Source of the DNA: Eledone cirrhosa
Lineage: Eukaryota
Reading direction: 5' to 3'
Assembly (NCBI GenBank): GCA_964016885.1
Contig: OZ024741.1
Coordinates: 246,016,001 to 246,080,000 of the forward strand
Length of the DNA stretch: 64,000 nucleotides
Positions within the stretch are counted from its first letter, which is position 1. Each line of letters starts with the position of its first letter. Made by a program: the position numbers and the translations under genes. The notes beneath the pieces are model-generated. The model did not search any database, was not told where the DNA came from, and saw nothing but the letters and a program-made list of their open reading frames with translations. This document shows positions 26,001-40,839 of the stretch, in pieces.

Positions 26001-29000
26001 ATTTTTTTTTTTAAATTATCTCCCCTTGGACGGCTGGAAATTATCTCCCCTTGGACGGCTAGAAATTACCTCTCCTTGGACGGCTGAAAATTATCTCCCC
26101 TTGGACGGCTGGAAATTATCTCCCCTTGATTTTTTTACAAATTATCTCCCCCTGATTTTTTTTTTACAAATTATCTCCCCCTGATTTTTTTTTACAAATT
26201 ATCTACCCCTGATTTTTTTTTACAAATTATCTCCCCCTGATTTTTTTTTACAAATTATCTACCCCTGATTTTTTTTACAAATTATCTCCCCCTGATTTTT
26301 TTTACAAATTATCTCCCCCTGATTTTTTTTTTACAAATTATCTCCCCCTGATTTTTTTACAAATTATCTCCCCCTGATTTTTTTTACAAATTATCTCCGC
26401 CGGATTTTTTTAAATATTATCTTCCCTTGGCTTGCGGGAAATTATCTCCCCTTGGACGGCTGAAAATTATCTCCCCTTGGACGGCTGGAAATTATCTCCC
26501 CTTGATTTTTTTTACAAATTATCTCCCCCTGATTTTTTTTACAAATTATCTCCCCCTGATTTTTTTTACAAATTATCTCCCCCTGATTTTTTTTACAAAT
26601 TATCTCCCCCTGATTTTTTTTTACAAATTATCTCCCCCTGATTTTTTTACAAATTATCTCCCCCTGATTTTTTTTACAAATTATCTCCGCCTGATTTTTT
26701 AAAATATTATCTTCCCTTGGCTGGCGGGAAATTATCTCCCCTGGACGGCTGGAAATTATCTGCCCTTGATTTTCTTTTTACAAATTAACTTCCACTGATT
26801 TTTTTTACAAATTATCTCCACCTGATTTTTTTAAAAATTATCTCCCCTTGGAAGGCTGGAAATTATCTCCCCTTGGCTGGAAATTATCTCCCCTTGGACG
26901 GCTAGAAATTATCTCTCTTTGGACGGCTGGAAATTATCACCCCTTGAGTTTTTTACAAATTATCTCCCCCTGATTTTTTTTACAAATCTCCCAGTGATTT
27001 TTAAAAAAAAATTATCTTCCCTTCGCTGGCTGGAAATTATCTCCCCTTGGACGCTGGAAATTATAGCCCCTTGGAGGGCTGGAAATTATCTTCCCTTGGA
27101 CGGCTGGAAATTACCTCCCCTTGATTTTTTTTACAAATTATCTCCCCCTGATTTTTTTTTACAAATTATCTCCCCCTGATTTTTTTTTACAACTTATCTG
27201 CGCCTGATTTTTTTAAAAAAATTATCTCCCCTTGGACGGCTGGAAATTATCTCCCTTTGGACGGCTGGAAATTATCTCTCCTTGGACGGCTAGAATTTAC
27301 CTCTCCTTGGACGGCTGAAAATTATCTCCCCTTGGACGGCTGGAAATTATCTCCCCTTGATTTTTTTTACAAATTATCTCCCCCTGATTTTTTTTTACAA
27401 ATTATCTCCCCCTGATTTTTTTACAAATTATCTCCCACTGATTTTTTTTACAAATTATCTCCGCCTGATTTTTTTAAATATTATCTCTCCTTGGCTGGCG
27501 GGAAATTATCTCCCCTTGGACGGCTGGAAATTATCTCCCCTTGGAAGGATGGAAATTATCTCCCCTTGGACGGCTGGAAATTATCTACCCCTGATTTTTT
27601 TTACAAATTATCTCCCCCTGATTTTTTTTACAAATTATCTCCCCCTGATTTTTTTTACAAATTATCTACCCCTGATTTTTTTTACAAATTATCTCCCCCT
27701 GATTTTTTTTTACAAATTATCTCCCCCTGATTTTTTTTACAAATTATCTACCCCTGATTTTTTTACAAATTATCTCCCCCTGATTTTTTTTACAATCTCC
27801 GCCTGATTTTTTTAAAAATTGTCTTCCCTTGGCTGGCTGGAAATTATCTCCCCTTGGACACTGGAAATTATAGCCCCTTGGAGGGCTGGAAATTATCTTC
27901 CCTTGGACGGCTGGAAATTATCTCCCCTTGATTTTTTTTACAAATTATCTCCGCCTGATTTTTTTTTACAAATTATCTCCCCCTGATTTTTTTTTACAAA
28001 TTATCTACCCCTGATTTTTTTTTACAAATTATCTCCCCCTGATTTTTTTTACAAATTATCTCCCCCTGATTTTTCTTTTACAAATTATCTCCCCCTGATT
28101 TTTTTACAAATTATCTCCCCCTGATTTTTTTTACAAATTATCTCCGCCTGATTTTTTTAAATATTATCTTCCCTTGGCTGGCGGGAAATTATCTCCCCTT
28201 GGACGGCTGGAAATTATCTGCCCTTGATTTTCTTTTTACAAATTATCTTCCACTGATTTTTTTTACAAATTATCTCCACCTGATTTTTTAAAAAATTATC
28301 TCCCCTTGGAAGGCTGGAAATTATCTCCCCTTGGACGGCTGGAAATTATCTCCCCTTGGACGGCTAGAAATTATCTCTCCTTGGACGGCTGAAAATTATC
28401 TCCCCTTGGACGGCTGCAAATTATCTCCCCTTGATTTTTTTTACAAATTATCTCCCCCTGATTTTTTTTACAAATTATCTCCCCCTGATTTTTTTACAAA
28501 TTATCTACCCCTGATTTTTTTTACAAATTATCTCCCCCTGATTTTTTTTTACAAATTATCTCCCCCTGATTTTTTTTTACAAATTATCTCCCCCTGATTT
28601 TTTTTTTACAAATTATCTCCCCCTGATTTTTTTACAAATTATCTCCCCCTGATTTTTTTTACAATCTCCGCCTGATTTTTTTAAAAATTATCTTCCCTTG
28701 GCTGGCGGGAAATTATCTCCCCTTGGACGGCTGGAAATTATCTCCCCTTGGAAGGATGGAAATTATCTCCCCTTGGACGGCTGGAAATTATCTCCCCTTG
28801 CACGGCTGGAAATTATCTCCCCTTGGCTGGAAATTATCTCCCCTTGGACGGCTAGAAATTATCTCTCTTTGGACGGCTGGAAATTATCTCCCTTTGATTT
28901 TTTTTACAAATTATCTCCCTCTGATTTTTTTTACAAATCTCCCCCTGATTTTTTTAAAAAAATTATCTCCCCTTCGCTGGCTGGAAATTATCTTCCCTTG

Positions 29001-32000
29001 GACGGCTGGAAATTATCTCCCCTTGATTTTTTTTACAAATTATCTCCGCCTGATTTTTTTTTTAAATTATCTCTCCTTGGACGGCTGGAAATTATCTCCC
29101 CTTGATTTTTTTTACAAATAATCTCCCCCTGATTTTTTTTTATAAATTATCTCCCCCTGATTTTTTTTTACAAATTATCTACCCCTGATTTTTTTTTACA
29201 AATTATCTCCCCCTGATTTTTTTTACAAATTATCTCCCCCTGATTTTTCCTTTACAAATTATCTCCCCCTGATTTTTTTACAAATTATCTCCCCCTGATT
29301 TTTTTTACAAATTGTCTCCGCCTGATTTTTTTAAATATTATCTTCCCTTGGCTGGCGGGAAATTACCTCCCCTTGGACGGCTGGAAATTATCTGCCCTTG
29401 ATTTTCTTTTTACAAATTATCTTCCACTGATTTTTTTTACAAATTATCTCCACCTGATTTTTTAAAAAATTATCTCCCCTTGGAAGGCTGGAAATTATCT
29501 CCCCTTGGACGGCTAGAAATTATCTCTCTTTGGACGGCTGGAAATTATCACCCCTTGAGTTTTTTACAAATTATCTCCCCCTGATTTTTTTTACAAATCT
29601 CCCAGTGATTTTTAAAAAAAAATTATCTCCCCTTCGCTGGCTGGAAATTATCTCCCCTTGGACGCTGGAAATTATAGCCCCTTGGAGGGCTGGAAATTAT
29701 CTTCCCTTGGACGGCTGGAAATTATCTCCCCTTGATTTTTTTTACAAATTATCTCCCCCTGATTTTTTTTTACAAATTATCTCCCCCTGATGTTTTTTTA
29801 CAACTTATCTGCGCCTGATTTTTTTAAAAAAATTATCTCCCCTTGGACGGCTGGAAATTATCTCCCCTTGGACGGCTGGAAATTATCTCTCCTTGGACGG
29901 CTAGAATTTACCTCTCCTTGGACGGCTGAAAATTATCTCCCCTTGGACGGCTGGAAATTATCTCCCCTTGATTTTTTTTACAAATTATCTCCCCCTTTTT
30001 TTTTTTTACAAATTATCTCCCCCTGATTTTTTTTTACAAATTATCTCCCCCTGATTTTTTTTTACAAATTATCTCCCCCTGATTTTTTTTACAAATTATC
30101 TCCCCCCTGATTTTTTTACAAATTATCTCCCCTTGGCTGGCTGGAAATTATCTCCCCTTGGAGGCTGGAACTTATCTCCCCTTGGACGGCTAGAAATTAC
30201 CTCTCCTTGGACGGCTGGAAAATATGTCTCCTTGGACGGCTGGATATTATCTCCCCTTGGACGGCTGGAAATTATCTCCCCTTGGACGGCTGGAAATTAT
30301 CTCCCCTTGGATGGCTAGATATTACCTCCCCTTGGACGGCTGGAAATTATCTCCCCTTGATTTTTTTAACAAATTATCTCCCCCTGATTTTTTTTTACAA
30401 ATGATCTCCCCCTGATTTTTTTTAAAAAATTATCTCCCCCTGATTTTTGTTTACAAATTATCTCCGCCTGATTTTTTTTAACAAATTATCTCCCCTTGGA
30501 CGGCTGGAAATTATCTCCCCTTGGACGGCTGGAAATTATATCTCCTTGGACGGCTAGAATTTACCTCTCCTTGGACGGCTGAAAATTATCTCCCCTTGGA
30601 CGGCTGGAAATTATCTCCCCTTGATTTTTTTTACAAATCATCTCCCCCTGATTTTTTTTTACAAATTATCTCCCCCTGATTTTTTTTACAAATTATCTCC
30701 CCCTGATTTTTTTTTACAAATTATCTCCCCCTGATTTTTTTACAAATTATCTCCCCTTGGCTGGCTGGAAATTATCTCCCCTTGGAGGCTGGAACTTATC
30801 TCCCCTTGGACGGCTAGAAATTACCTCTCCTTGGACGGCTGGAAAATATGTCTCCTTGGACGGCTGGATATTATCTCCCCTTGGACGGCTGGAAATTATC
30901 TCCCCTTGGACGGCTGGAAATTATCTCCCCTTGGATGGCTAGATATTACCTCCCCTTGAACGGCTGGAAATTATCTCCCCTTGATTTTTTTTACAAATTA
31001 TCTCCCCCTGATTTTTTTTTACAAATTATCTCCCCCTGATTTTTTTTTACAAATTATCTCCCCCTGATTTTTGTTTACAAATTATCTCCGCCTGATTTTT
31101 TTTTAAAAATTATCTCCCCTTGGACGGCTGGAAATTATCTCTCCTTGGATGGCTAGATATTACCTCCCCTTGGACGGCTGGAAATTATCTCCCCTTGATC
31201 TTTTTACAAATTATCTCCCCCTGATTTTTTTTTTACAAATTATCTCCCCCTGATTTTTTTTTACAAATTATCTACCCCTGATTTTTTTTTACAAATTATC
31301 TCCCCCTGATTTTTTTTACAAATTATCTCCCCCTGATTTTTTTTTTACAAATTATCTCCCCCTGATTTTTTTACAAATTATCTCCCACTGATTTTTTTTA
31401 CAAATTATCTCCGCCTGATTTTTTTAAATATTATCTCTCCTTGGCTGGCGGGAAATTATCTCCCCTTGGACGGCTGGAAATTATCTCCCCTTGGAAGGAT
31501 GGAAATTATCTCCCCTTGGACGGCTGGAAATTATCTCTCCTTGGACGGCTAGAATTTACCTCTCCTTGGACGGCTGAAAATTATCTCCCCTTGAACGGCT
31601 GGAAATTATCTCCCCTTGATTTTTTTTACAAATTATCTCCCCCTTTTTTTTTTTTACAAATTATCTCCCCCTGATTTTTTTTTACAAATTATCTCCCCCT
31701 GATTTTTTTTACAAATTATCTCCCCCCTGATTTTTTTACAAATTATCTCCCCTTGGCTGGTTGGAAATTATCTCCCCTTGGAGGCTGGAACTTATCTCCC
31801 CTTGGACGGCTAGAAATTACCTCTCCTTGGACGGCTGGAAAATATGTCTCCTTGGACGGCTGGATATTATCTCCCCTTGGACGGCTGGAAATTATCTCCC
31901 CTTGGACGGCTGGAAATTATCTCCCCTTGGATGGCTAGATATTACCTCCCCTTGGACGGCTGGAAATTATCTCCCCTTGATTTTTTTAACAAATTATCTC

Positions 32001-35000
32001 CCCCTGATTTTTTTTACAAATTATCTCCCCCTGATTTTTTTTAAAAAATTATCTCCCCCTGATTTTTGTTTACAAATTATCTCCGCCTGATTTTTTTTAA
32101 CAAATTATCTCCCCTTGGACGGCTGGAAATTATCTCCCCTTGGACGGCTGGAAATTATATCTCCTTGGACGGCTAGAATTTACCTCTCCTTGGACGGCTG
32201 AAAATTATCTCCCCTTGGACGGCTGGAAATTATCTCCCCTTGATTTTTTTTACAAATTATCTCCCCCTGATTTTTTTTTACAAATTATCTCCCCCTGATT
32301 TTTTTTTACAAATTATCTCCCCCTGATTTTTTTTTACAAATTATCTCCCCCTGATTTTTTTACAAATTATCTCCCCTTGGCTGGCTGGAAATTATCTCCC
32401 CTTGGAGGCTGGAACTTATCTCCACTTGGACGGCTAGAAATTACCTCTCCTTGGACGGCTGGAAAATATGTCTCCTTGGACGGCTGGATATTATCTCCCC
32501 TTGGACGGCTGGAAATTATCTCCCCTTGGACGGCTGGAAATTATCTCCCCTTGGATGGCTAGATATTACCTCCCCTTGGACGGCTGGAAATTATCTCCCC
32601 TTGATTTTTTTTACAAATTATCTCCCCCTGATTTTTTTTTACAAATTATCTCCCCCTGATTTTTTTTTACAAATTATCTCCCCCTGATTTTTGTTTACAA
32701 ATTATCTCCGCCTGATTTTTTTTTTAAAATTATCTCCCCTTGGACGGCTGGAAATTATCTCCCCTTGGACGGCTAGAAATTACCTCTCCTTGGACGGCTG
32801 AAAATTATCTCCCCTTGGACGGCTGGAAATTATCTCCCCTTGATTTTTTTACAAATTATCTCCCCCTGATTTTTTTTTTACAAATTATCTCCCCCTGATT
32901 TTTTTTTACAAATTATCTACCCCTGATTTTTTTTTACAAATTATCTCCCCCTGATTTTTTTTTACAAATTATCTACCCCTGATTTTTTTTACAAATTATC
33001 TCCCCCTGATTTTTTTTACAAATTATCTCCCCCTGATTTTTTTTTTACAAATTATCTCCCCCTGATTTTTTTACAAATTATCTCCCCCTGATTTTTTTTA
33101 CAAATTATCTCCGCCGGATTTTTTTAAATATTATCTTCCCTTGGCTTGCGGGAAATTATCTCCCCTTGGACGGCTGAAAATTATCTCCCCTTGGACGGCT
33201 GGAAATTATCTCCCCTTGATTTTTTTTACAAATTATCTCCCCCTGATTTTTTTTACAAATTATCTCCCCCTGATTTTTTTTACAAATTATCTCCCCCTGA
33301 TTTTTTTTACAAATTATCTCCCCCTGATTTTTTTTTACAAATTATCTCCCCCTGATTTTTTTACAAATTATCTCCCCCTGATTTTTTTTACAAATTATCT
33401 CCGCCTGATTTTTTAAAATATTATCTTCCCTTGGCTGGCGGGAAATTATCTCCCCTGGACGGCTGGAAATTATCTGCCCTTGATTTTCTTTTTACAAATT
33501 AACTTCCACTGATTTTTTTTACAAATTATCTCCACCTGATTTTTTTAAAAATTATCTCCCCTTGGAAGGCTGGAAATTATCTCCCCTTGGCTGGAAATTA
33601 TCTCCCCTTGGACGGCTAGAAATTATCTCTCTTTGGACGGCTGGAAATTATCACCCCTTGAGTTTTTTACAAATTATCTCCCCCTGATTTTTTTTACAAA
33701 TCTCCCAGTGATTTTTAAAAAAAAATTATCTTCCCTTCGCTGGCTGGAAATTATCTCCCCTTGGACGCTGGAAATTATAGCCCCTTGGAGGGCTGGAAAT
33801 TATCTTCCCTTGGACGGCTGGAAATTACCTCCCCTTGATTTTTTTTACAAATTATCTCCCCCTGATTTTTTTTTACAAATTATCTCCCCCTGATTTTTTT
33901 TTACAACTTATCTGCGCCTGATTTTTTTAAAAAAATTATCTCCCCTTGGACGGCTGGAAATTATCTCCCTTTGGACGGCTGGAAATTATCTCTCCTTGGA
34001 CGGCTAGAATTTACCTCTCCTTGGACGGCTGAAAATTATCTCCCCTTGGACGGCTGGAAATTATCTCCCCTTGATTTTTTTTACAAATTATCTCCCCCTG
34101 ATTTTTTTTTACAAATTATCTCCCCCTGATTTTTTTACAAATTATCTCCCACTGATTTTTTTTACAAATTATCTCCGCCTGATTTTTTTAAATATTATCT
34201 CTCCTTGGCTGGCGGGAAATTATCTCCCCTTGGACGGCTGGAAATTATCTCCCCTTGGAAGGATGGAAATTATCTCCCCTTGGACGGCTGGAAATTATCT
34301 ACCCCTGATTTTTTTTACAAATTATCTCCCCCTGATTTTTTTTACAAATTATCTCCCCCTGATTTTTTTTACAAATTATCTACCCCTGATTTTTTTTACA
34401 AATTATCTCCCCCTGATTTTTTTTTACAAATTATCTCCCCCTGATTTTTTTTACAAATTATCTACCCCTGATTTTTTTACAAATTATCTCCCCCTGATTT
34501 TTTTTACAATCTCCGCCTGATTTTTTTAAAAATTGTCTTCCCTTGGCTGGCTGGAAATTATCTCCCCTTGGACACTGGAAATTATAGCCCCTTGGAGGGC
34601 TGGAAATTATCTTCCCTTGGACGGCTGGAAATTATCTCCCCTTGATTTTTTTTACAAATTATCTCCGCCTGATTTTTTTTTACAAATTATCTCCCCCTGA
34701 TTTTTTTTTACAAATTATCTACCCCTGATTTTTTTTTACAAATTATCTCCCCCTGATTTTTTTTACAAATTATCTCCCCCTGATTTTTCTTTTACAAATT
34801 ATCTCCCCCTGATTTTTTTACAAATTATCTCCCCCTGATTTTTTTTACAAATTATCTCCGCCTGATTTTTTTAAATATTATCTTCCCTTGGCTGGCGGGA
34901 AATTATCTCCCCTTGGACGGCTGGAAATTATCTGCCCTTGATTTTCTTTTTACAAATTATCTTCCACTGATTTTTTTTACAAATTATCTCCACCTGATTT

Positions 35001-36710
35001 TTTAAAAAATTATCTCCCCTTGGAAGGCTGGAAATTATCTCCCCTTGGACGGCTGGAAATTATCTCCCCTTGGACGGCTAGAAATTATCTCTCCTTGGAC
35101 GGCTGAAAATTATCTCCCCTTGGACGGCTGCAAATTATCTCCCCTTGATTTTTTTTACAAATTATCTCCCCCTGATTTTTTTTACAAATTATCTCCCCCT
35201 GATTTTTTTACAAATTATCTACCCCTGATTTTTTTTACAAATTATCTCCCCCTGATTTTTTTTTACAAATTATCTCCCCCTGATTTTTTTTTACAAATTA
35301 TCTCCCCCTGATTTTTTTTTTACAAATTATCTCCCCCTGATTTTTTTACAAATTATCTCCCCCTGATTTTTTTTACAATCTCCGCCTGATTTTTTTAAAA
35401 ATTATCTTCCCTTGGCTGGCGGGAAATTATCTCCCCTTGGACGGCTGGAAATTATCTCCCCTTGGAAGGATGGAAATTATCTCCCCTTGGACGGCTGGAA
35501 ATTATCTCCCCTTGCACGGCTGGAAATTATCTCCCCTTGGCTGGAAATTATCTCCCCTTGGACGGCTAGAAATTATCTCTCTTTGGACGGCTGGAAATTA
35601 TCTCCCTTTGATTTTTTTTACAAATTATCTCCCTCTGATTTTTTTTACAAATCTCCCCCTGATTTTTTTAAAAAAATTATCTCCCCTTCGCTGGCTGGAA
35701 ATTATCTTCCCTTGGACGGCTGGAAATTATCTCCCCTTGATTTTTTTTACAAATTATCTCCGCCTGATTTTTTTTTTAAATTATCTCTCCTTGGACGGCT
35801 GGAAATTATCTCCCCTTGATTTTTTTTACAAATAATCTCCCCCTGATTTTTTTTTATAAATTATCTCCCCCTGATTTTTTTTTACAAATTATCTACCCCT
35901 GATTTTTTTTTACAAATTATCTCCCCCTGATTTTTTTTACAAATTATCTCCCCCTGATTTTTCCTTTACAAATTATCTCCCCCTGATTTTTTTACAAATT
36001 ATCTCCCCCTGATTTTTTTTACAAATTGTCTCCGCCTGATTTTTTTAAATATTATCTTCCCTTGGCTGGCGGGAAATTACCTCCCCTTGGACGGCTGGAA
36101 ATTATCTGCCCTTGATTTTCTTTTTACAAATTATCTTCCACTGATTTTTTTTACAAATTATCTCCACCTGATTTTTTAAAAAATTATCTCCCCTTGGAAG
36201 GCTGGAAATTATCTCCCCTTGGACGGCTAGAAATTATCTCTCTTTGGACGGCTGGAAATTATCACCCCTTGAGTTTTTTACAAATTATCTCCCCCTGATT
36301 TTTTTTACAAATCTCCCAGTGATTTTTTAAAAAAAATTATCTCCCCTTCGCTGGCTGGAAATTATCTCCCCTTGGACGCTGGAAATTATAGCCCCTTGGA
36401 GGGCTGGAAATTATCTTCCCTTGGACGGCTGGAAATTATCTCCCCTTGATTTTTTTTACAAATTATCTCCCCCTGATTTTTTTTTACAAATTATCTCCCC
36501 CTGATGTTTTTTTACAACTTATCTGCGCCTGATTTTTTTAAAAAAATTATCTCCCCTTGGACGGCTGGAAATTATCTCCCCTTGGACGGCTGGAAATTAT
36601 CTCTCCTTGGACGGCTAGAATTTACCTCTCCTTGGACGGCTGAAAATTATCTCCCCTTGAACGGCTGGAAATTATCTCCCCTTGATTTTTTTTACAAATT
36701 ATCTCCCCCT
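23080..36710 (+). repeat. Near-perfect tandem duplication, period 6,714 bp (about 2 copies)
   Basis: Constant +6714 offset for 23419/30133, 24043/30757, 24727/31441, 25039/31753, 25663/32377, 26427/33141, 26919/33633, 27357/34071, 28331/35045, 28698/35412 and 29790/36504. Confidence 0.93.
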
Positions 36711-39700
36711 TTTTTTTTTTAAAAAATTATCTCCCCCTGATTTTTGTTTACAAATTATCTCCGCCTGATTTTTTTTAACAAATTATCTCCCCTTGGACGG
36801 CTGGAAATTATCTCCCCTTGGACGGCTGGAAATTATATCTCCTTGGACGGCTAGAATTTACCTCTCCTTGGACGGCTGAAAATTATCTCCCCTTGGACGG
36901 CTGGAAATTATCTCCCCTTGATTTTTTTTACAAATTATCTCCCCCTGATTTTTTTTTACAAATTATCTCCCCCTGATTTTTTTTTACAAATTATCTCCCC
37001 CTGATTTTTTTTTACAAATTATCTCCCCCTGATTTTTTTACAAATTATCTCCCCTTGGCTGGCTGGAAATTATCTCCCCTTGGAGGCTGGAACTTATCTC
37101 CACTTGGACGGCTAGAAATTACCTCTCCTTGGACGGCTGGAAAATATGTCTCCTTGGACGGCTGGATATTATCTCCCCTTGGACGGCTGGAAATTATCTC
37201 CCCTTGGACGGCTGGAAATTATCTCCCCTTGGATGGCTAGATATTACCTCCCCTTGGACGGCTGGAAATTATCTCCCCTTGATTTTTTTTACAAATTATC
37301 TCCCCCTGATTTTTTTTTACAAATTATCTCCCCCTGATTTTTTTTTACAAATTATCTCCCCCTGATTTTTGTTTACAAATTATCTCCGCCTGATTTTTTT
37401 TTTAAAATTATCTCCCCTTGGACGGCTGGAAATTATCTCCACTTGGACGGCTAGAAATTACCTCTCCTTGGACGGCTGAAAATTATCTCCCCTTGGACGG
37501 CTGGAAATTATCTCCCCTTGATTTTTTTACAAATTATCTCCCCTTGATTTTTTTTTTACAAATTATCTCCCCCTGATTTTTTTTTACAAATTATCTACCC
37601 CTGATTTTTTTTTACAAATTATCTCCCCCTGATTTTTTTTTACAAATTATCTACCCCTGATTTTTTTTACAAATTATCTCCCCCTGATTTTTTTTACAAA
37701 TTATCTCCCCCTGATTTTTTTTTTACAAATTATCTCCCCCTGATTTTTTTACAAATTATCTCCCCCTGATTTTTTTTACAAATTATCTCCGCCGGATTTT
37801 TTTAAATATTATCTTCCCTTGGCTTGCGGGAAATTATCTCCCCTTGGACGGCTGAAAATTATCTCCCCTTGGACGGCTGGAAATTATCTCCCCTTGATTT
37901 TTTTTACAAATTATCTCCCCCTGATTTTTTTTTACAAATTATCTCCCCCTGATTTTTTTTACAAATTATCTCCCCCTGATTTTTTTTTACAAATTATCTC
38001 CCCCTGATTTTTTTTACAAATTATCTCCCCCTGATTTTTTTTACAAATTATCTCCCCCTGATTTTTTTTTACAAATTATCTCCCCCTGATTTTTTTACAA
38101 ATTATCTCCCCCTGATTTTTTTTACAAATTATCTCCGCCTGATTTTTTAAAATATTATCTTCCCTTGGCTGGCGGGAAATTATCTCCCCTTGGACGGCTG
38201 GAAATTATCTGCCCTTGATTTTCTTTTTACAAATTAACTTCCACTGATTTTTTTTACAAATTATCTCCACCTGATTTTTTTTAAAATTATCTCCCCTTGG
38301 AAGGCTGGAAATTATCTCCCCTTGGCTGGAAATTATCGCCCCTTGGACGGCTAGAAATTATCTCTCTTTGGACGGCTGGAAATTATCACCCCTTGAGTTT
38401 TTTACAAATTATCTCCCCCTGATTTTTTTTACAAATCTCCCAGTGATTTTTAAAAAAAAATTATCTTCCCTTCGCTGGCTGGAAATTATCTCCCCTTGGA
38501 CGCTGGAAATTATAGCCCCTTGGAGGGCTGGAAATTATCTTCCCTTGGACGGCTGGAAATTATCTCCCCTTGATTTTTTTTACAAATTATCTACCCCTGA
38601 TTTTTTTTTACAAATTATCCCCCCCTGATTTTTTTTTACAACTTATCTGCGCCTGATTTTTTTAAAAAAATTATCTCCCCTTGGACGGCTGGAAATTATC
38701 TCCCCTTGGACGGCTGGAAATTATCTCTCCTTGGACGGCTGGAAATTATCTCCCCTTGATTTTTTTTACAAATAATCTCCCCCTGATTTTTTTTTATAAA
38801 TTATCTCCCCCTGATTTTTTTTTACAAATTATCTACCCCTGATTTTTTTTTACAAATTATCTCCCCCTGATTTTTTTTACAAATTATCTCCCCCTGATTT
38901 TTCTTTTACAAATTATCTCCCCCTGATTTTTTTACAAATTATCTCCCCCTGATTTTTTTTACAAATTGTCTCCGCCTGATTTTTTTAAATATTATCTTCC
39001 CTTGGCTGGCGGGAAATTACCTCCCCTTGGACGGCTGGAAATTATCTGCCCTTGATTTTCTTTTTACAAATTATCTTCCACTGATTTTTTTTACAAATTA
39101 TCTCCACCTGATTTTTTAAAAAATTATCTCCCCTTGGAAGGCTGGAAATTATCTCCCCTTGGCTGGAAATTATCTCCCCTTGGACGGCTAGAAATTATCT
39201 CTCTTTGGACGGCTGGAAATTATCACCCCTTGATTTTTTAACAAATTATCTCCCCCTGATTTTTTTTACAAATCTCCCAGTGATTTTTAAAAAAAAATTA
39301 TCTCCCCTTCGCTGGCTGGAAATTATCTCCCCTTGGACGCTGGAAATTATAGCCCCTTGGAGGGCTGGAAATTATCTTCCCTTGGACGGCCGGAAATTAT
39401 CTCCCCTTGATTTTTTTTACAAATTATCTCCCCCTGATTTTTTTTTACAAATTATCTCCCCCTGATTTTTTTTTACAACTTATCTGCGCCTGATTTTTTT
39501 AAAAAAATTATCTCCCCTTGGACGGCTGGAAATTATCTCCCCTTGGACGGCTGGAAATTATCTCTCCTTGGACGGCTAGAATTTACCTCTCCTTGGACGG
39601 CTGAAAATTATCTCCCCTTGGACGGCTGGAAATTATCTCCCCTTGATTTTTTTTACAAATTATCTCCCCCTTTTTTTTTTTTACAAATTATCTCCCCCTG

Positions 39701-40800
39701 ATTTTTTTTTACAAATTATCTCCCCCTGATTTTTTTTTACAAATTATCTCCCCCTGATTTTTTTTACAAATTATCTCCCCCCTGATTTTTTTACAAATTA
39801 TCTCCCCTTGGCTGGCTGGAAATTATCTCCCCTTGGAGGCTGGAACTTATCTCCCCTTGGACGGCTAGAAATTACCTCTCCTTGGACGGCTGGAAAATAT
39901 GTCTCCTTGGACGGCTGGATATTATCTCCCCTTGGACGGCTGGAAATTATCTCCCCTTGGACGGCTGGAAATTATCTCCCCTTGGATGGCTAGATATTAC
40001 CTCCCCTTGGACGGCTGGAAATTATCTCCCCTTGATTTTTTTAACAAATTATCTCCCCCTGATTTTTTTTTACAAATGATCTCCCCCTGATTTTTTTTAA
40101 AAAATTATCTCCCCCTGATTTTTGTTTACAAATTATCTCCGCCTGATTTTTTTTAACAAATTATCTCCCCTTGGACGGCTGGAAATTATCTCCCCTTGGA
40201 CGGCTGGAAATTATATCTCCTTGGACGGCTAGAATTTACCTCTCCTTGGACGGCTGAAAATTATCTCCCCTTGGACGGCTGGAAATTATCTCCCCTTGAT
40301 TTTTTTTACAAATCATCTCCCCCTGATTTTTTTTTACAAATTATCTCCCCCTGATTTTTTTTACAAATTATCTCCCCCTGATTTTTTTTTACAAATTATC
40401 TCCCCCTGATTTTTTTACAAATTATCTCCCCTTGGCTGGCTGGAAATTATCTCCCCTTGGAGGCTGGAACTTATCTCCCCTTGGACGGCTAGAAATTACC
40501 TCTCCTTGGACGGCTGGAAAATATGTCTCCTTGGACGGCTGGATATTATCTCCCCTTGGACGGCTGGAAATTATCTCCCCTTGGACGGCTGGAAATTATC
40601 TCCCCTTGGATGGCTAGATATTACCTCCCCTTGGACGGCTGGAAATTATCTCCCCTTGATTTTTTTTACAAATTATCTCCCCCTGATTTTTTTTTACAAA
40701 TTATCTCCCCCTGATTTTTTTTTACAAATTATCTCCCCCTGATTTTTGTTTACAAATTATCTCCGCCTGATTTTTTTTTAAAAATTATCTCCCCTTGGAC
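36500..40800 (+). repeat. Doubly deleted copy of ~16820-24410 (deletions of 416 bp and 2,877 bp)
   Basis: Offsets step from 19,682 (16822/36504) to 19,266 (17789/37055, 18553/37819, 19102/38368) to 16,389 (22816/39205, 23419/39808, 24043/40432). Confidence 0.85.
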
Positions 40801-40839
40801 GGCTGGAAATTATCTCCCCTTGGATGGCTAGATATTACC

